Source: an uncultured Lachnospiraceae bacterium (GTDB taxonomy: Bacteria > Bacillota > Clostridia > Lachnospirales > Lachnospiraceae). From it: DNA of 64,000 nucleotides. The stretch covers positions 634 through 64,633 of the forward strand of contig CANOLA010000008.1 of NCBI GenBank assembly GCA_947566705.1. The letters are read 5' to 3'. Each line of letters starts with the position of its first letter. Positions within the stretch are counted from its first letter, which is position 1. This document shows positions 19,735 through 29,162 of this stretch, one piece after another. The position numbers were made by a program, and so were the translations under genes. The notes below the pieces were generated by a model. That model was not told where the DNA came from. It saw only the letters and a list, made by a program, of their open reading frames with translations, and did not search any database.

Positions 19735-22700
19735 GGTTTAAAAAGTGTCTTTTCCTCTCCTGGTTTCCATGTGCATGTATCATTCAAGTATCCATATAGT
19801 TCATATCCACTGGCAAGTCCAAGCATATCCTGCTCATTGAGTTCTTTTAAAAAAGTAAAATCATAGTAATCAATCAGATAGTATTTATAATCCATTGTAT
19901 ATTCCTCTGTTTCCGGATTATATACACAGTGCAGGGTAACTCCGGCATCCGTATCGTTAAATGTACCATAAGCAGCAAGGTTAAATACTACGGAAGGAAT
20001 AGTACCAAAATTCAGGTCACATGTATCAAAATATATCCCACCGTTCATTTTTTTCTCTGGAGAAACTGACATATATACTTCTGTGTTATATTTATTCAGA
20101 ATACTTTCCGCTGCTTTTACTGCTTTTTTCATATTACTGCAGTAATACTGGTTTGCTGAATTGCACACTGGCTGGAATATCCATATGCCAGCATCTATAT
20201 TTTTTCTTGTAAATCCCGGTTCCCATGCCTCGGATTCTCCTCCTTTTCCAGATATAAAAGCAATGAAACAATCAAGTGCTGCTCGATCACACTCTGATAA
20301 CAAAGAAATAGCAGCTGCAATGGTCGTATTAAATTCTGCATAAAAAGCTCGTTGAACAAATCCAATCTTGTTCATTTGATCTTCAAACAGTCCGTGTACT
20401 CTTGCCGCCCCCTTTGCCTTCCTATTCATATCAAACATATTAAAAGGTATCGTTTCATTTTCATACTTCTGTTTTAAAAACTGATTGGAATACGGCACAT
20501 AATCCATCTTCCCGAAATACTGTTTTCCGTCACTGTTCAGTGTCCCGTCAACATAAATAAACTGTTTTGGCTGCTTCCCGTATACCTTGGAATGGAACAG
20601 GGTACATGAGTAAACATTTCCCCCCACCATGAAACTCTCGACAACCGGTTTTCCTCCCACTTCATCATAATCATTAATACCGTCCCCGTCTGTGTCTGCT
20701 TTATGCGGGTCCGTACGCTTTATCTGTCCGTTTGACAGCCGCATTCCTTTGGTCTCGTACACATCATACAGCCCGTCTCCGTCACTGTCTGTCATATTAA
20801 TGGAACCAGTGCCACCTTCCTGCATACCGGATATAATTTCCCCAACATCTGCGGATGTTACTGCATTATAATATATACCGCCGGTTTCATCTGCAATCCG
20901 CTCCATTAATTCCGCACTTTTATCTCCCACGTTAATACAGTATATTGGGATTCCATATTTTTTGGCCATGGCAATATCACTTTTCCAGGCTTTGTCCCCC
21001 ATATTTTCATCCCCGTCAGAAATCAGAACCAGAAGTTTCTCCCGTGAACCCTCCATCAGGTGTAATCCTTCAAGCCCTATATAAAGAGGCATTTGTGGAA
21101 TTGAACGGCGGACATCCCTGATACTGTCATCCAACGATTTCTTAAGGGCGGATTTATCATTTGTCGGAAAACAGTAACTACTCTCACCAAACACACCCCA
21201 GAAATAACCAATTCTGTCGTTTTCCGTTGTTGCATCAATCAAGCTGTACATTGTCATTTTTATTCTGTCATTGGCTTCTGCACTGTCTGATGGTCCCGAA
21301 AATAAAAAAATATCATAATTTTTTATTTCATCAGTATCACTATAATTTATCGGCATCCGCATATTGTCCAGCCATATCTGCTTATCCACGACAAGGTATG
21401 TGGAAAAATGCGTGGTTTTATAAGTGATGGTATTGTTCTTTTTATCCAGGACAGAGTCTTCCAACAGCACATAATTATCGTTTTCCTCATCATACCACAT
21501 CATACACAGGTCATCTTCCTTACTGTCCCCCAGTGCGCTTTCATCATATGTAAACGTAATGTCAGCGGTCCTGAATTTGACATCCGTGGAAATTTCAACC
21601 GGTACCCCGACCAGTCCCACCACATCCGATGACCTCATGTCAAGGTCGTAGGTATCCATGATGGAAACCCGGCTGTCTATGTATCCGTCACATGCCAGCT
21701 TTACGGATACTTCCGTAATGCCTTCTTTTTCATCTGATTCGATTTTCTGGGTGCAGGTCTGCATGACCTTTTCTTTTCCGTCCAGAATTCCATTCCCGTC
21801 TGTATCCGGTTTTGCCGGGTCAAATCCGAGTTCCATGTCTTCCCGGTCATTCAGGCCGTCCATATCCGTGTCCGCCAGAAGGGGATTTGTATGGTATACT
21901 ATGACCTCCTCCCCGTCCTTTAATCCGTCACCGTCCGTGTCTTCCTGAAAACAGTTTGTCCCCTGCTTTATCTCAGCCATATTATTCAGACCGTCTTTGT
22001 CCGTATCTTCTTTGTCATCTGCCGTTCCGTTGCTGTCCGTATCCTTAAGCACTGGATCTGTTCCGGTTTTCAGAAATTCATCATAATCTGATAATCCGTC
22101 CCCGTCTGTATCCGCCTTGTTTTTATCCGTTCCGAGGATGTCCTCGTAATAATTGCACAGTCCGTCACTGTCACTGTCCGACATGTCCGCATCAGTGCCG
22201 TCCAGATTGGAACTTTCATAATTCATCAGTTCAGCTTTTTCCGTCACCTTTTTCCCTGAGTCCAGCAGAGCCGTGACCGTCACTTTGTTATAGCCGATGG
22301 ACAGACCGAAATCCTCCAGTTTCCAGTTTTCTTTTTTGTCAATGCTGCGGGAAAGAACTTTGTTTCCCTTTATATCCGTAACTTCACAGGAAAGTTCCTT
22401 TACCTTTTCCGGTTCTGACACTGTCCCTGCCAGAGAGTCCGTCTTTTTGTCCACAATATACCAGCCGGCATTTTCATTGCAGGTAAAACCATCCGTCTTT
22501 ATGGTAAGGACTGTCTCTTTACTATCCTCGTCCGTACTGTCTTTATCCGTGTCTTCCTCTCCTGCACTGTCTGTATAGGAATAAAGCTTATAACCGGACG
22601 GTTCGTCCCCCTTTTTCCCATCCTGTCCGTTAAAACCAAAGCTGACAGAGCCTGACGCCGGAATACTGCTGTTGTAACCCGCGTTTTTTATAACATAGTG

Positions 22701-23399
22701 GTTTCCCTCATGGCTTTCGATGACGCCGTTCCAGATGTCCGTGACGGTCCTGCCAAAGTCAAATTCCAGCACCCAGTCCTCAAGCACGGCATCCGTACTG
22801 TTTTTTATTTCGATTTCCCCGGTAAAGCCGCTGTCCCACTCGCTGTCTACGCGGTAGGAAACCGCATAGTTCTCTTCCTGCACATGTTCCAGGCTGCCCC
22901 TGAGCCGGTATTCCTGCGGGAACCCCGGAAAGTTTTCCTGCCCGCTGATGCCGAAGGACACGCTTTTTCCCGGCTCGATGTCCTGGTTCCACCCGGCGTT
23001 TTTTATGACACAGCCGTCCGCTGTCTGTCCGCTGGTAACAGCATTCCATATGTTTGTAATCTTTCCTGCATATGGTATTTCGAGCATCCAGTTTTCAATT
23101 ATGGTGTCCCCGGTGTTCCTGATTTCAATGTCTGCGTTGTAACCGCCCTCCCAGTGTGCGGAAAGGGTGAACGTCACCCTGAAATTTTCCCCTTCATATG
23201 TGTCTTCCGTTGTTTTTCCGTCCCACCCGGCCGCTGCATGGTCCTCCTCCTGCAGGTCCTGCGGAACCGGGACTGCTGTTTCTTCCTGCTGCCCGGCTGT
23301 TTTACTGTTTACTGCCGCCCCGGCAGGAACGGATGTGACAGTGAGTGCAGCGGCAAGCATGGCTGCCACAAGTTTTTTTAATCTTTTTCTCATTTTCAT
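19731..23399 (-). CDS. large secreted protein: signal peptide, 2x CBM2, DxDxDG Ca-binding repeats, HFS motif, vWA-like domain, unknown C-terminal domain
   Basis: WEGGYNADIEIRNTG...NIWNA...WNQDIEPGKSVSFG and its second copy; DTDGDGLSD repeats; TTHFSTY; LISDG...IPIYCINVG...IADETGGIYY. Confidence 0.88.
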   Translation of the reverse strand: MKMRKRLKKLVAAMLAAALTVTSVPAGAAVNSKTAGQQEETAVPVPQDLQEEDHAAAGWDGKTTEDTYEGENFRVTFTLSAHWEGGYNADIEIRNTGDTIIENWMLEIPYAGKITNIWNAVTSGQTADGCVIKNAGWNQDIEPGKSVSFGISGQENFPGFPQEYRLRGSLEHVQEENYAVSYRVDSEWDSGFTGEIEIKNSTDAVLEDWVLEFDFGRTVTDIWNGVIESHEGNHYVIKNAGYNSSIPASGSVSFGFNGQDGKKGDEPSGYKLYSYTDSAGEEDTDKDSTDEDSKETVLTIKTDGFTCNENAGWYIVDKKTDSLAGTVSEPEKVKELSCEVTDIKGNKVLSRSIDKKENWKLEDFGLSIGYNKVTVTALLDSGKKVTEKAELMNYESSNLDGTDADMSDSDSDGLCNYYEDILGTDKNKADTDGDGLSDYDEFLKTGTDPVLKDTDSNGTADDKEDTDKDGLNNMAEIKQGTNCFQEDTDGDGLKDGEEVIVYHTNPLLADTDMDGLNDREDMELGFDPAKPDTDGNGILDGKEKVMQTCTQKIESDEKEGITEVSVKLACDGYIDSRVSIMDTYDLDMRSSDVVGLVGVPVEISTDVKFRTADITFTYDESALGDSKEDDLCMMWYDEENDNYVLLEDSVLDKKNNTITYKTTHFSTYLVVDKQIWLDNMRMPINYSDTDEIKNYDIFLFSGPSDSAEANDRIKMTMYSLIDATTENDRIGYFWGVFGESSYCFPTNDKSALKKSLDDSIRDVRRSIPQMPLYIGLEGLHLMEGSREKLLVLISDGDENMGDKAWKSDIAMAKKYGIPIYCINVGDKSAELMERIADETGGIYYNAVTSADVGEIISGMQEGGTGSINMTDSDGDGLYDVYETKGMRLSNGQIKRTDPHKADTDGDGINDYDEVGGKPVVESFMVGGNVYSCTLFHSKVYGKQPKQFIYVDGTLNSDGKQYFGKMDYVPYSNQFLKQKYENETIPFNMFDMNRKAKGAARVHGLFEDQMNKIGFVQRAFYAEFNTTIAAAISLLSECDRAALDCFIAFISGKGGESEAWEPGFTRKNIDAGIWIFQPVCNSANQYYCSNMKKAVKAAESILNKYNTEVYMSVSPEKKMNGGIYFDTCDLNFGTIPSVVFNLAAYGTFNDTDAGVTLHCVYNPETEEYTMDYKYYLIDYYDFTFLKELNEQDMLGLASGYELYGYLNDTCTWKPGEEKTLFKP

Positions 23400-23437
23400 T
23401 CTCCTTAGTCTGTTGCTGGTTTGCAGATATATCAGGA

Positions 23438-23466
23438 TATTACCATATGTAAAAAAATATTGTCAA
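23438..23466 (-). promoter_or_regulatory. promoter of the large secreted protein gene
   Basis: TTGACA-17bp-TAATAT on minus strand. Confidence 0.55.
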
Positions 23467-23617
23467 CACATTTTATGGATGTTCAAAATATTAGTGTGAC
23501 ATGAATTATGTTTTTTTGACGTGAACCTTATCTCCCGTTTCCATACACCAGCCGATTCAAATTTTATCCAGGAAACCAGACTGGTACCAAATGCCTAATT
23601 CATATCGAAAAATTGCA

Positions 23618-23653
23618 CAAAAAAACAGCAGGTCTGTCACCCGCCGTCTTTTT
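23618..23653 (-). terminator. intrinsic terminator
   Basis: GACGGCGGGT/ACCTGCTGTT stem followed by a T-run on minus strand. Confidence 0.65.
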
Positions 23654-23699
23654 GTTCTTTATCAATATCTATCTGCATGACAATATAAAATTTAGCTGA

Positions 23700-23962
23700 C
23701 TATTTGTGCAGCATCCCATCCTGCACTCCTGCACAGTCCCTGCACCTTCCAAACTCATCTAATTCCAGCTTACACAGTGTTTTTGAAAGTTCCCTGTAAA
23801 CAGCCCCGTTTTTGGGACGTCACAAAAATCATCCCGTTCTATCACCGGGCTGTACCCTTTATGTCCGCATACCGCACAGATGTTTATATATTTTTTTGCA
23901 GAAGGGTTCCACTTTTCAACATACAGTGAATATCCTCGTTTTGTTACTTTACTATGCGACAT
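23700..23962 (-). pseudogene. small CxxC...CxxC protein split by a -1 frameshift
   Basis: Frame 0 has CAVCGHKGYSP; -1 frame continues AVYRELSKTLCKLELDEFGRCRDCAGVQDGMLHK*. Confidence 0.6.
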
Positions 23963-24016
23963 TTTTACACCTTAACAACAAAATTCTATTTATAAATCAT
24001 TATCTTTTATCTACAG

Positions 24017-24958
24017 TCACAAAATCCTCTTCTTCCTCAGCCACAACAGTATAACCACGCAGATTACCACCATAATACCGCAGACAATCGCAAATCCATG
24101 CGCCGTATTTGCAAGCGGCACCCATTCGGAACTGACATTCATTCCGTAAATTCCTGATATAACTGTCGGAATCGCCATTATAAGGGTAATGACAGTCAGG
24201 GATTTCATGATATTATTCATGCGGTTGTCAATAACGGAAGAAAGAAGCTCCCTTGTTCCGTTTATGATGTCACGGTAGATAACCGTCATTTCAATCGCCT
24301 GCTTGTTTTCCACAATCACATCCCCAAGCAGTTCCTTGTCCTCCGGGTACTGTTCCAGTCGTTTGTACCTTGTCAGACGGTCCAGGACCACGCCGTTTGC
24401 ACGAAGGGACGTTGCAAAATAGACCAGAGTTGATTCCAGCTCGTGAAGTGCAATTAAATCCACCTCTTCCGTATCATCCCCGACACGTTCCTCGATTTCT
24501 GTACGCATCTTGTCTATAATCCGAAGATCACTCTGATATAAAACTGCAATGCGGTAAAGAATCTGGTATACAAAACGCAGCTTCTTTTTGGTGCTGAATT
24601 CACGAACACGGTTATTTAAAAACGCCTGCAGCACCGGGGTATCTTCCGTGCAGACTGTCACAATTTCATCTGACGTCAGAATGATACCAAGCGGAATTGT
24701 AGTATAGGATTCCTTATCGTGGCGTATTTCAATGGAGGGAATATCCACCAGAATCAGCGTATAACCATCCTCCAGCTCAATACGTGAACTCTCCTCCTCA
24801 TCCAGTGCCGCCAGCACATCCTCGATATCCACATCAAGCATTTCCGCAATCTTTTTTCCCTCTGCAACACTTGGATTAATCATCTGTATCCAGACGCCGT
24901 TTTGCACATCGTTTTCCTCATACAGCTTTTTGTCGTCTGTCTTATAATATTTAACCAT
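24017..24958 (-). CDS. corA: CorA family magnesium transporter
   Basis: GIYGMN signature between two C-terminal TMs. Confidence 0.92.
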   Translation of the reverse strand: MVKYYKTDDKKLYEENDVQNGVWIQMINPSVAEGKKIAEMLDVDIEDVLAALDEEESSRIELEDGYTLILVDIPSIEIRHDKESYTTIPLGIILTSDEIVTVCTEDTPVLQAFLNNRVREFSTKKKLRFVYQILYRIAVLYQSDLRIIDKMRTEIEERVGDDTEEVDLIALHELESTLVYFATSLRANGVVLDRLTRYKRLEQYPEDKELLGDVIVENKQAIEMTVIYRDIINGTRELLSSVIDNRMNNIMKSLTVITLIMAIPTVISGIYGMNVSSEWVPLANTAHGFAIVCGIMVVICVVILLWLRKKRIL

Positions 24959-24994
24959 GGAATTCCCTCCTTTCTGCCTTTTTACAATAAGTTT

Positions 24995-25435
24995 TTACGC
25001 AATGTCTCCAATACGTTCTTTGATACGTCTAACTTCAGTTTCCAGCCTGTTTACACGGACCAGCAGCATTTCTTTTTCATTTTCCACTTTTAATGCCTCA
25101 TCCAGCTTTCTGCTTAAATCCAGATGCCCTTCTGCAACAATGCTAATATTATGTCTTATCTCATTTTCTAACGTTAACCGAACCTCTTTTACCTGTTTTT
25201 TCACCTTCACCATTTGGGTATCCAGATTATCCATTCTGGTAGCCAGTTTATCCATCCTAATATCCAGATTATCCATCCTGGTATCCAGTTTATCCATCCT
25301 GGTATTCATTTTCTCCATTTGAACACCCATATCATTCACCTGGGTATTTAATGTCCCTACCTGGTTATTCACGCCTTCTAAATTAACATTTATCTTAGCC
25401 AGTTCTTCCATAATAAGTTTCGTTTCTTCTGTCAT
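24995..25435 (-). CDS. coiled-coil hypothetical protein with heptad repeats
   Basis: MNTRMDK-LDTRMDN-LDIRMDK-LATRMDN repeats; RBS AAGGAGG. Confidence 0.75.
   Translation of the reverse strand: MTEETKLIMEELAKINVNLEGVNNQVGTLNTQVNDMGVQMEKMNTRMDKLDTRMDNLDIRMDKLATRMDNLDTQMVKVKKQVKEVRLTLENEIRHNISIVAEGHLDLSRKLDEALKVENEKEMLLVRVNRLETEVRRIKERIGDIA
25214..25320. repeat. 21-bp coding tandem repeat
   Basis: TATCCATCCTGGTATCCAGTT-like units, 4-5 copies. Confidence 0.75.
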
Positions 25436-25465
25436 GGCTCTTCCTCCTTTTCCCCGTTTCTTTTA

Positions 25466-26557
25466 TTATATCACCCGGTGCATCTTCCCCACCAGACTTT
25501 TATTCCGTATCATGGAAAGGTTATTCATGAAAATTACGTCTGAAACGCCTTTTTCCTCAGCAAGCTCACTGATGCTTCCAGTCCAGTAACGGTAGTCAAT
25601 CACATAGATTTTCTGGTAATGGTCCACCAGAAACGGAACAAATGCATTGCCGAAGGATTCTTTCACAACGATGCAGGAGCTTTTATCGTCCAGTTCTTTA
25701 TTTTCCACCACCGTATACGGATTGTCACTCGCAATAAACGCACTGTATTTTAATGAAGCACTGTAGTTACTCACATCATAAATTACCGGCCAGTCATACT
25801 TTTGCCCGTCCGAAGCCGTTACGTGCAAAATGCTCTCCGCATGCGGGTAATATGCCGTAACAACATCCGGGTTTTTCTCCAGCCTTTTGTCCCCCGTATC
25901 ATTAAAAAAGGAGCCAAGAAATCCTTCAAAATCTTTTTTTTCATATGAATCCAGCGGTTCCGGCTCGATTCCCTTTGCCGCACAGAACTGCTCATAGGCA
26001 TAATATGCTCCCAGCGTGGTCCAGTGATGGTCGGTACGGAAATACACATATTCATTGCGGTGTGACATTAATGCGTCATAGATATCCACGGTCTTCACAT
26101 TTTCCCCAAGCTTCGACTGGATTTCAAGCATCGCCTCCCGCTGGTTTGTTGAGGAAACCTCTCCCCTGCGGTTATCCGGAAAAGTGATTTCAGAGCTTAA
26201 GGGAATCACCATATTGTAAACATCCGCTTTCCCTTTCAGGTTATCCGCCACTTTATTTACGCTTTTGGCATAATTTTTTGCCACATTGTCCAGATAGGTA
26301 TACAGCTCAAAGCCGCAGTCTCCAATGGTGATGACCGACTGGTAGTCCTTCATTTTTTTATCAGAAGTAATTTCCGGATACATGGTTACAGGCACAGCAT
26401 CCGCCTGCGTATTGTCCTCTGTTTTCTCTGTCACCGCTGCTATCTCTGTTGTTTTATTTTCCTCTTCTTTTGTTACCTTCTGTTTATTACAGCCTGCCAT
26501 CACTGATACAGACAAAGCCATAACAAAAACTGCTGCACATAATTTTTTACAACGCAT
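25466..26557 (-). CDS. DHHW family (AlgJ/AlgX-like SGNH) lipoprotein
   Basis: Lipobox MAGC; YFRTDHHWT; VKESFGN. Confidence 0.85.
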   Translation of the reverse strand: MRCKKLCAAVFVMALSVSVMAGCNKQKVTKEEENKTTEIAAVTEKTEDNTQADAVPVTMYPEITSDKKMKDYQSVITIGDCGFELYTYLDNVAKNYAKSVNKVADNLKGKADVYNMVIPLSSEITFPDNRRGEVSSTNQREAMLEIQSKLGENVKTVDIYDALMSHRNEYVYFRTDHHWTTLGAYYAYEQFCAAKGIEPEPLDSYEKKDFEGFLGSFFNDTGDKRLEKNPDVVTAYYPHAESILHVTASDGQKYDWPVIYDVSNYSASLKYSAFIASDNPYTVVENKELDDKSSCIVVKESFGNAFVPFLVDHYQKIYVIDYRYWTGSISELAEEKGVSDVIFMNNLSMIRNKSLVGKMHRVI

Positions 26558-26572
26558 TGGTTTTCCTCCGGA

Positions 26573-27736
26573 TTAAAATTTTTTAGTCAGTTTATGCAGG
26601 TTCCTGTCCGAAATAAAATTGGAAATGTTATAAAGCACAAGCACATCCGATATCTGCTTTTCATCCAGATATGCCTTCATATCCCCGTTATAATACCGCA
26701 GATCCACCATGTATATATTGTCATAGTCCATTGTGATAAGCGGAACAAACGTATTTGCAAAGGAATCCTTTATTACAAGCAGGTTTTTCTTCTTATCCGA
26801 TTTCGGTCCGCTTGAGATATGGACTTCCCCGTAATTGCCGCCAAAGAAATATGCATACTTGTCCTTTTCCTTTAATTTGGAACTATCAAAACAGCCTTCC
26901 ATGGTGGTCTTATTATCAATCGTCACCTTACAGTGCGCACCATACGGCGCATGTCCTTTCGGGCTGTATGTCCAGATACTGTCGCTGGCAGAATCCGCAT
27001 CCAGAATTTTGGAATAAAGACTCCCCTTAAAATCACTGCATAACACATTTTTTTCCAGGATATCCTTATCCTCATATAAATTCCCTGTGGATTCACACCA
27101 CTTTTTATAGGCAAGATATGCCCCGTCCATCGTCCAGTGATGGTCTGTCTTATAATAAATATATTCCCTGTTGTGCGCAAGCAGTTCCTTCCGCACATCA
27201 ATAAACCGGTAATCCGACATTGCTTCCTCCACCTGTCCTATGTAGGAGGACTGGTTAAAAAGCCTGGCATACCTTGGAAGCTTTCCTGACATCACAAAAC
27301 CCGAAGTCGGCACCAGAAGAAAGGAAAGATGGTCTTTATCTATGGTTTCTGACGCCATACCAAAGTACTCCGTCACTGCCTTAATATTTCTTGCAACCAG
27401 TTTTTCATCCACATCCTCCGGCGTGATTTTTTCAAAATCATAGCCGTCAGCTCCCACATAGGCGCCTCCGATATCCGTATCACCGCAGGCTTTCTGGATA
27501 CCGGTTTTAACAGTTATCCATTCATCCCTGAAACAAATCTGGTCCCTTAAATATTCCTCCAGCCCGTCCTGGAAGTCAGTTGATAATATATTGTCAAAAG
27601 TGAGCTTCGGCGGCTCTGACAGATAACGGTTTTCATTTGGTGAAAATTTACGGTCAGGCATCAGAAAACTGATAGCTGATACCGCTGAAATAAACACAAT
27701 AAATAAAACCGTGATAATATATTTTGTCTTTTTCAA
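26573..27736 (-). CDS. DHHW family membrane-anchored acetyltransferase-like protein
   Basis: N-terminal TM, ENRYL, YYKTDHHWT, IKDSFAN. Confidence 0.88.
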   Translation of the reverse strand: MKKTKYIITVLFIVFISAVSAISFLMPDRKFSPNENRYLSEPPKLTFDNILSTDFQDGLEEYLRDQICFRDEWITVKTGIQKACGDTDIGGAYVGADGYDFEKITPEDVDEKLVARNIKAVTEYFGMASETIDKDHLSFLLVPTSGFVMSGKLPRYARLFNQSSYIGQVEEAMSDYRFIDVRKELLAHNREYIYYKTDHHWTMDGAYLAYKKWCESTGNLYEDKDILEKNVLCSDFKGSLYSKILDADSASDSIWTYSPKGHAPYGAHCKVTIDNKTTMEGCFDSSKLKEKDKYAYFFGGNYGEVHISSGPKSDKKKNLLVIKDSFANTFVPLITMDYDNIYMVDLRYYNGDMKAYLDEKQISDVLVLYNISNFISDRNLHKLTKKF

Positions 27737-27748
27737 ACCACACGCCTC

Positions 27749-29161
27749 CTAAAACCGGAAATAAAGAAACGGATTATAGCTGTCCCCCACTAAAAAAGCA
27801 AAAGAAACTGTCAGAAGAAGAACCAGCGTAACCGGTTTTCCGACCGCCCATATTTTTTCCAGCTTGTCCATCTTCCATGCAATTCTGTTGAACCAGACCC
27901 TGTGGTCAATGGAGCAGATGACCAGAGCTGCAAGAAGTACGCCATTGGTGCTTAAAAGATAGAAAAAATCACTGTCCACTACGGAAACCGCCCCGGCCCC
28001 CACCATGGATTTTAAGTATTTTCCAAGCATTCCCATATCGGTCTGTGCAAAAATCACCCAGCCGACCGCAACCAAAACCATGCTGTATACATGTCCAATC
28101 CATTTCGGTATTTTTTCCAGCCATTTTAATAAAAAAAGCTTTTCAAGCATCAGCAGAATCCCGTAATACAGTCCCCACAGAACGAAGTTCCAGTTTGCCC
28201 CGTGCCACAGCCCGGTAAGTATCCACACCACCATGATATTAAAAATCTGACGCTTCATTCCCTTGCGGTTTCCGCCAAGCGGGATATAAACGTATTCCTT
28301 AAACCACGAGCTTAGGGAAATATGCCAGCGTCTCCAGAATTCTGTAATGGTTCTCGACATATAAGGAAAATTAAAGTTTTCCAGAAAATAAAATCCAAAC
28401 ATACGTCCCAGGCCGATTGCCATATCCGAATACCCGGAAAAATCAAAATAAATCTGGAAGCTGTAGGCAATGGCGCCAAGCCATGCAGTTGCCACAGATA
28501 TTCCGTTCATTGCCGAAATGGAATCCCAGAGACTTCCAATCTGGTTTGCCAGCAGCACTTTTTTGGCGAGTCCCACCGTAAAACGGAATGCCCCCTGCGC
28601 AAAATCCTCCATCGTGCTTTTTCGCTTTGACAGCTCCTTTGCCACCGTCTTGTACTGTACAATCGGACCGGCAATCAGCTGCGGAAATAACGTCACATAT
28701 GTCGCAAAATCCAGTATATTGTGCTGTGCTGCCACCTGCCCGCGGTAAACGTCAATCGTATAGGACATGGTCTGGAATGTATAAAAGGAAATTCCAATCG
28801 GAAGTGCAATATTTAACAGGGATATCCCGGCTCCCGTAATACTGTTAATGTTTCCTATTACAAAATCCGCATACTTAAAAAAACCGAGGATCGCAAGGTT
28901 TCCGAATAAATCAAATACAAGTACCGCCTTTGCTTTCCTCAGATTGTCTTTCTTTTTAAACCGCTCAATCAGCCGTCCGTTCGTATAGTCAAATACAGTC
29001 GAGAACAGCATGATAAGCACATATACCGGTTCCCCCCATGCATAGAATATAAGACTTGCCGTCATCAGTATGAAATTTCTGATTTTTGACGGACAGATAT
29101 AATAGACCAGCAGAACGAGCGGTAAAAATACCATTAAAAATACAAAACTACTAAATACCAT
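27749..29161 (-). CDS. MBOAT family O-acyltransferase (AlgI/PatA-like)
   Basis: LPIGISFYTFQ, DFSGYSDMAIG, FWRRWHISL, GLWHGA. Confidence 0.93.
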   Translation of the reverse strand: MVFSSFVFLMVFLPLVLLVYYICPSKIRNFILMTASLIFYAWGEPVYVLIMLFSTVFDYTNGRLIERFKKKDNLRKAKAVLVFDLFGNLAILGFFKYADFVIGNINSITGAGISLLNIALPIGISFYTFQTMSYTIDVYRGQVAAQHNILDFATYVTLFPQLIAGPIVQYKTVAKELSKRKSTMEDFAQGAFRFTVGLAKKVLLANQIGSLWDSISAMNGISVATAWLGAIAYSFQIYFDFSGYSDMAIGLGRMFGFYFLENFNFPYMSRTITEFWRRWHISLSSWFKEYVYIPLGGNRKGMKRQIFNIMVVWILTGLWHGANWNFVLWGLYYGILLMLEKLFLLKWLEKIPKWIGHVYSMVLVAVGWVIFAQTDMGMLGKYLKSMVGAGAVSVVDSDFFYLLSTNGVLLAALVICSIDHRVWFNRIAWKMDKLEKIWAVGKPVTLVLLLTVSFAFLVGDSYNPFLYFRF

Positions 29162-29162
29162 T

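Noticed and set aside
22698-23381. 227-aa plus-strand ORF, and similar antisense ORFs over ribosomal, rfb and jet genes
   Set aside because: They lie opposite well-supported genes and have no RBS or recognisable motifs
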